A stretch of 64,000 nt of DNA, from positions 25,680-89,679 of the forward strand of contig CABMJJ010000009.1 of the NCBI GenBank assembly GCA_902386555.1, in the 5' to 3' direction. The position numbers were made by a program, and so were the translations under genes. Origin of the DNA: Candidatus Bilamarchaeum dharawalense. Lineage in GTDB: Archaea > Micrarchaeota > Micrarchaeia > Anstonellales > Bilamarchaeaceae. Of the stretch, positions 63,047 through 64,000 are shown piece by piece. The notes beneath the pieces are model-generated. The model did not search any database and was not told where the DNA came from. It was given only the letters and a program-made list of their open reading frames with translations. Numbering within the stretch: the first letter of the stretch is position 1; every line of letters starts with the position of its first letter.

Positions 63047-63784
63047 ATGAAGGATTATTACAAAAATCATGCAGAGTGGTATGATATTCTAAGCCCTGGC
63101 ACTGATGAGGATGTCAAATTCTATCTGAAAGAAGCAAAAAAAACCAAAGGAAAGGTGCTGGAAATTGCATGCGGAACAGGCAGGATATATCTCGAATTAC
63201 TAAAAGCGGGGGTGGATGTATACGGCCTTGACACATCACCAGCCATGTTAAGAGTTCTTAATGAAAAATCAAAAACTGAAAAACTACATCCCAAGGTAAA
63301 ACTCGCAGATATGCGCTCGTTCAAATACCCTTTCAAATTTGACCTGGTGATCATCCCGTTCAGGGCATTTCTCCATATGGAAACACGAGAGGATCAGAAG
63401 AAGTGCTTGAAATGTATAGGACAGCACATGGAAAAAGGTGGAAGATTAGTGTTGAATTTCTTTGACCCAAAGTTGGAGATATTACTGAAGGCATGGCACA
63501 AGAAAGGGACAATAGTAAGCAAAAAACACAAAATAAAACTCGATTATACTCAGGATTCAGAGTACGATCTAATAAATCAAAGAATTTCTGCAAGATACCA
63601 CCTCGAGAATAAATCGAAAGGAGTGTCGGTCGAGATTCCTTTCTCTCTGTGTTACCTTTTCCCACGGGAGTTCATGAACATGCTGGAATTATGTGGATTC
63701 GAAAAATGGGAACTTTACGGTGGATTTGATAGACGACCCTACAACAAAAACGGACAGGAATTGATATGGATCGTTCATAGATAA
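63047..63784 (+). CDS. Class-I SAM-dependent methyltransferase
   Basis: VLEIACGTGRI (motif I), GLDTS, and DLVIIPFRAFLH. Confidence 0.75.
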   Translation: MKDYYKNHAEWYDILSPGTDEDVKFYLKEAKKTKGKVLEIACGTGRIYLELLKAGVDVYGLDTSPAMLRVLNEKSKTEKLHPKVKLADMRSFKYPFKFDLVIIPFRAFLHMETREDQKKCLKCIGQHMEKGGRLVLNFFDPKLEILLKAWHKKGTIVSKKHKIKLDYTQDSEYDLINQRISARYHLENKSKGVSVEIPFSLCYLFPREFMNMLELCGFEKWELYGGFDRRPYNKNGQELIWIVHR

Positions 63785-63793
63785 GGCGAAACA

Positions 63794-64000
63794 ATGGCAA
63801 AAAAAGATTATTACGAAGTTCTAGGAGTTGCTAAAAATGCCAGCTCTGACGAGATAAAAAAAGCCTATAGAAAGATGGCATTTGAATATCACCCTGACCG
63901 CAATAAAAGCCCAGATGCAGAGGCCAGATTTAAGGAGATTTCAGAGGCCTATGCAGTTCTTAGTGATGATAAGAAAAGAGCACAGTATGACCAATATGGC
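63794..64000 (+). CDS. dnaJ: Chaperone DnaJ, N-terminal part (runs off the window)
   Basis: My translation is [38 protein letters not shown]...[18 protein letters not shown], a canonical DnaJ J-domain start. Confidence 0.9.
   Translation, partial: MAKKDYYEVLGVAKNASSDEIKKAYRKMAFEYHPDRNKSPDAEARFKEISEAYAVLSDDKKRAQYDQYG

Noticed and set aside
1-64000. Search for CRISPR arrays, rRNA genes, IS elements and large direct or inverted repeats
   Set aside because: By eye I found no regularly spaced repeat arrays, no rRNA-like sequence, and no transposase or integrase ORFs. A computational repeat scan was not possible.

Overview
This window looks like an archaeal chromosomal segment. It is AT-rich (roughly 38-40% GC by eye) and densely coding on both strands. 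Archaeal origin is supported by ribosomal proteins S10, L1, P0, P1/L12 and a probable L41e, by TTTATAAA-type TATA boxes 24-30 nt upstream of tRNAs and start codons, and by intron-containing tRNAs. I count about 70 protein genes.

Recognisable housekeeping modules:
- an argF-like/carA/carB operon
- a complete glycine-cleavage set (gcvT, gcvH, gcvPA, gcvPB, lipA, with an lpd-like E3 nearby)
- the archaeal AMP-salvage pair (ribose-1,5-bisphosphate isomerase plus AMP phosphorylase)
- purH
- a grpE-dnaK-(J-domain)-(methyltransferase)-dnaJ locus
- a Dol-P-hexose synthase/GT-C glycosylation cluster
- a block of ion transporters (MgtA-like P-type ATPase, CaCA, two cation:proton antiporters, CDF)

There are two tRNA genes. 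tRNA-Tyr(GUA) has a 45-nt canonical intron. tRNA-Asp(GUC) appears to carry two introns, one of them a 136-nt array of very regular hairpins. I saw no rRNA, CRISPR array, transposase or integrase.

Most unusual content:
1. An orphan four-gene operon at 13924-17475: two proteins with GNAT motifs, a membrane protein and an MA-type HExxH protein.
2. Three tightly packed Cys/His-rich zinc-ribbon ORFs inserted between carA and carB, with a paralog downstream of purH.
3. The double-intron tRNA-Asp.
4. A ~140-nt hairpin-rich element in a 361-bp intergenic region that also holds short copies of the tRNA-Asp 3' end.
5. A divergent pair (non-canonical radical-SAM-like gene and FkbM methyltransferase) driven by back-to-back TATA boxes.
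6. Two degenerate KaiC-like ATPases in odd operons.
7. An OTCase homolog whose ornithine-binding motifs are replaced.

All functional calls come from motif and family recognition by eye. No database search was run.
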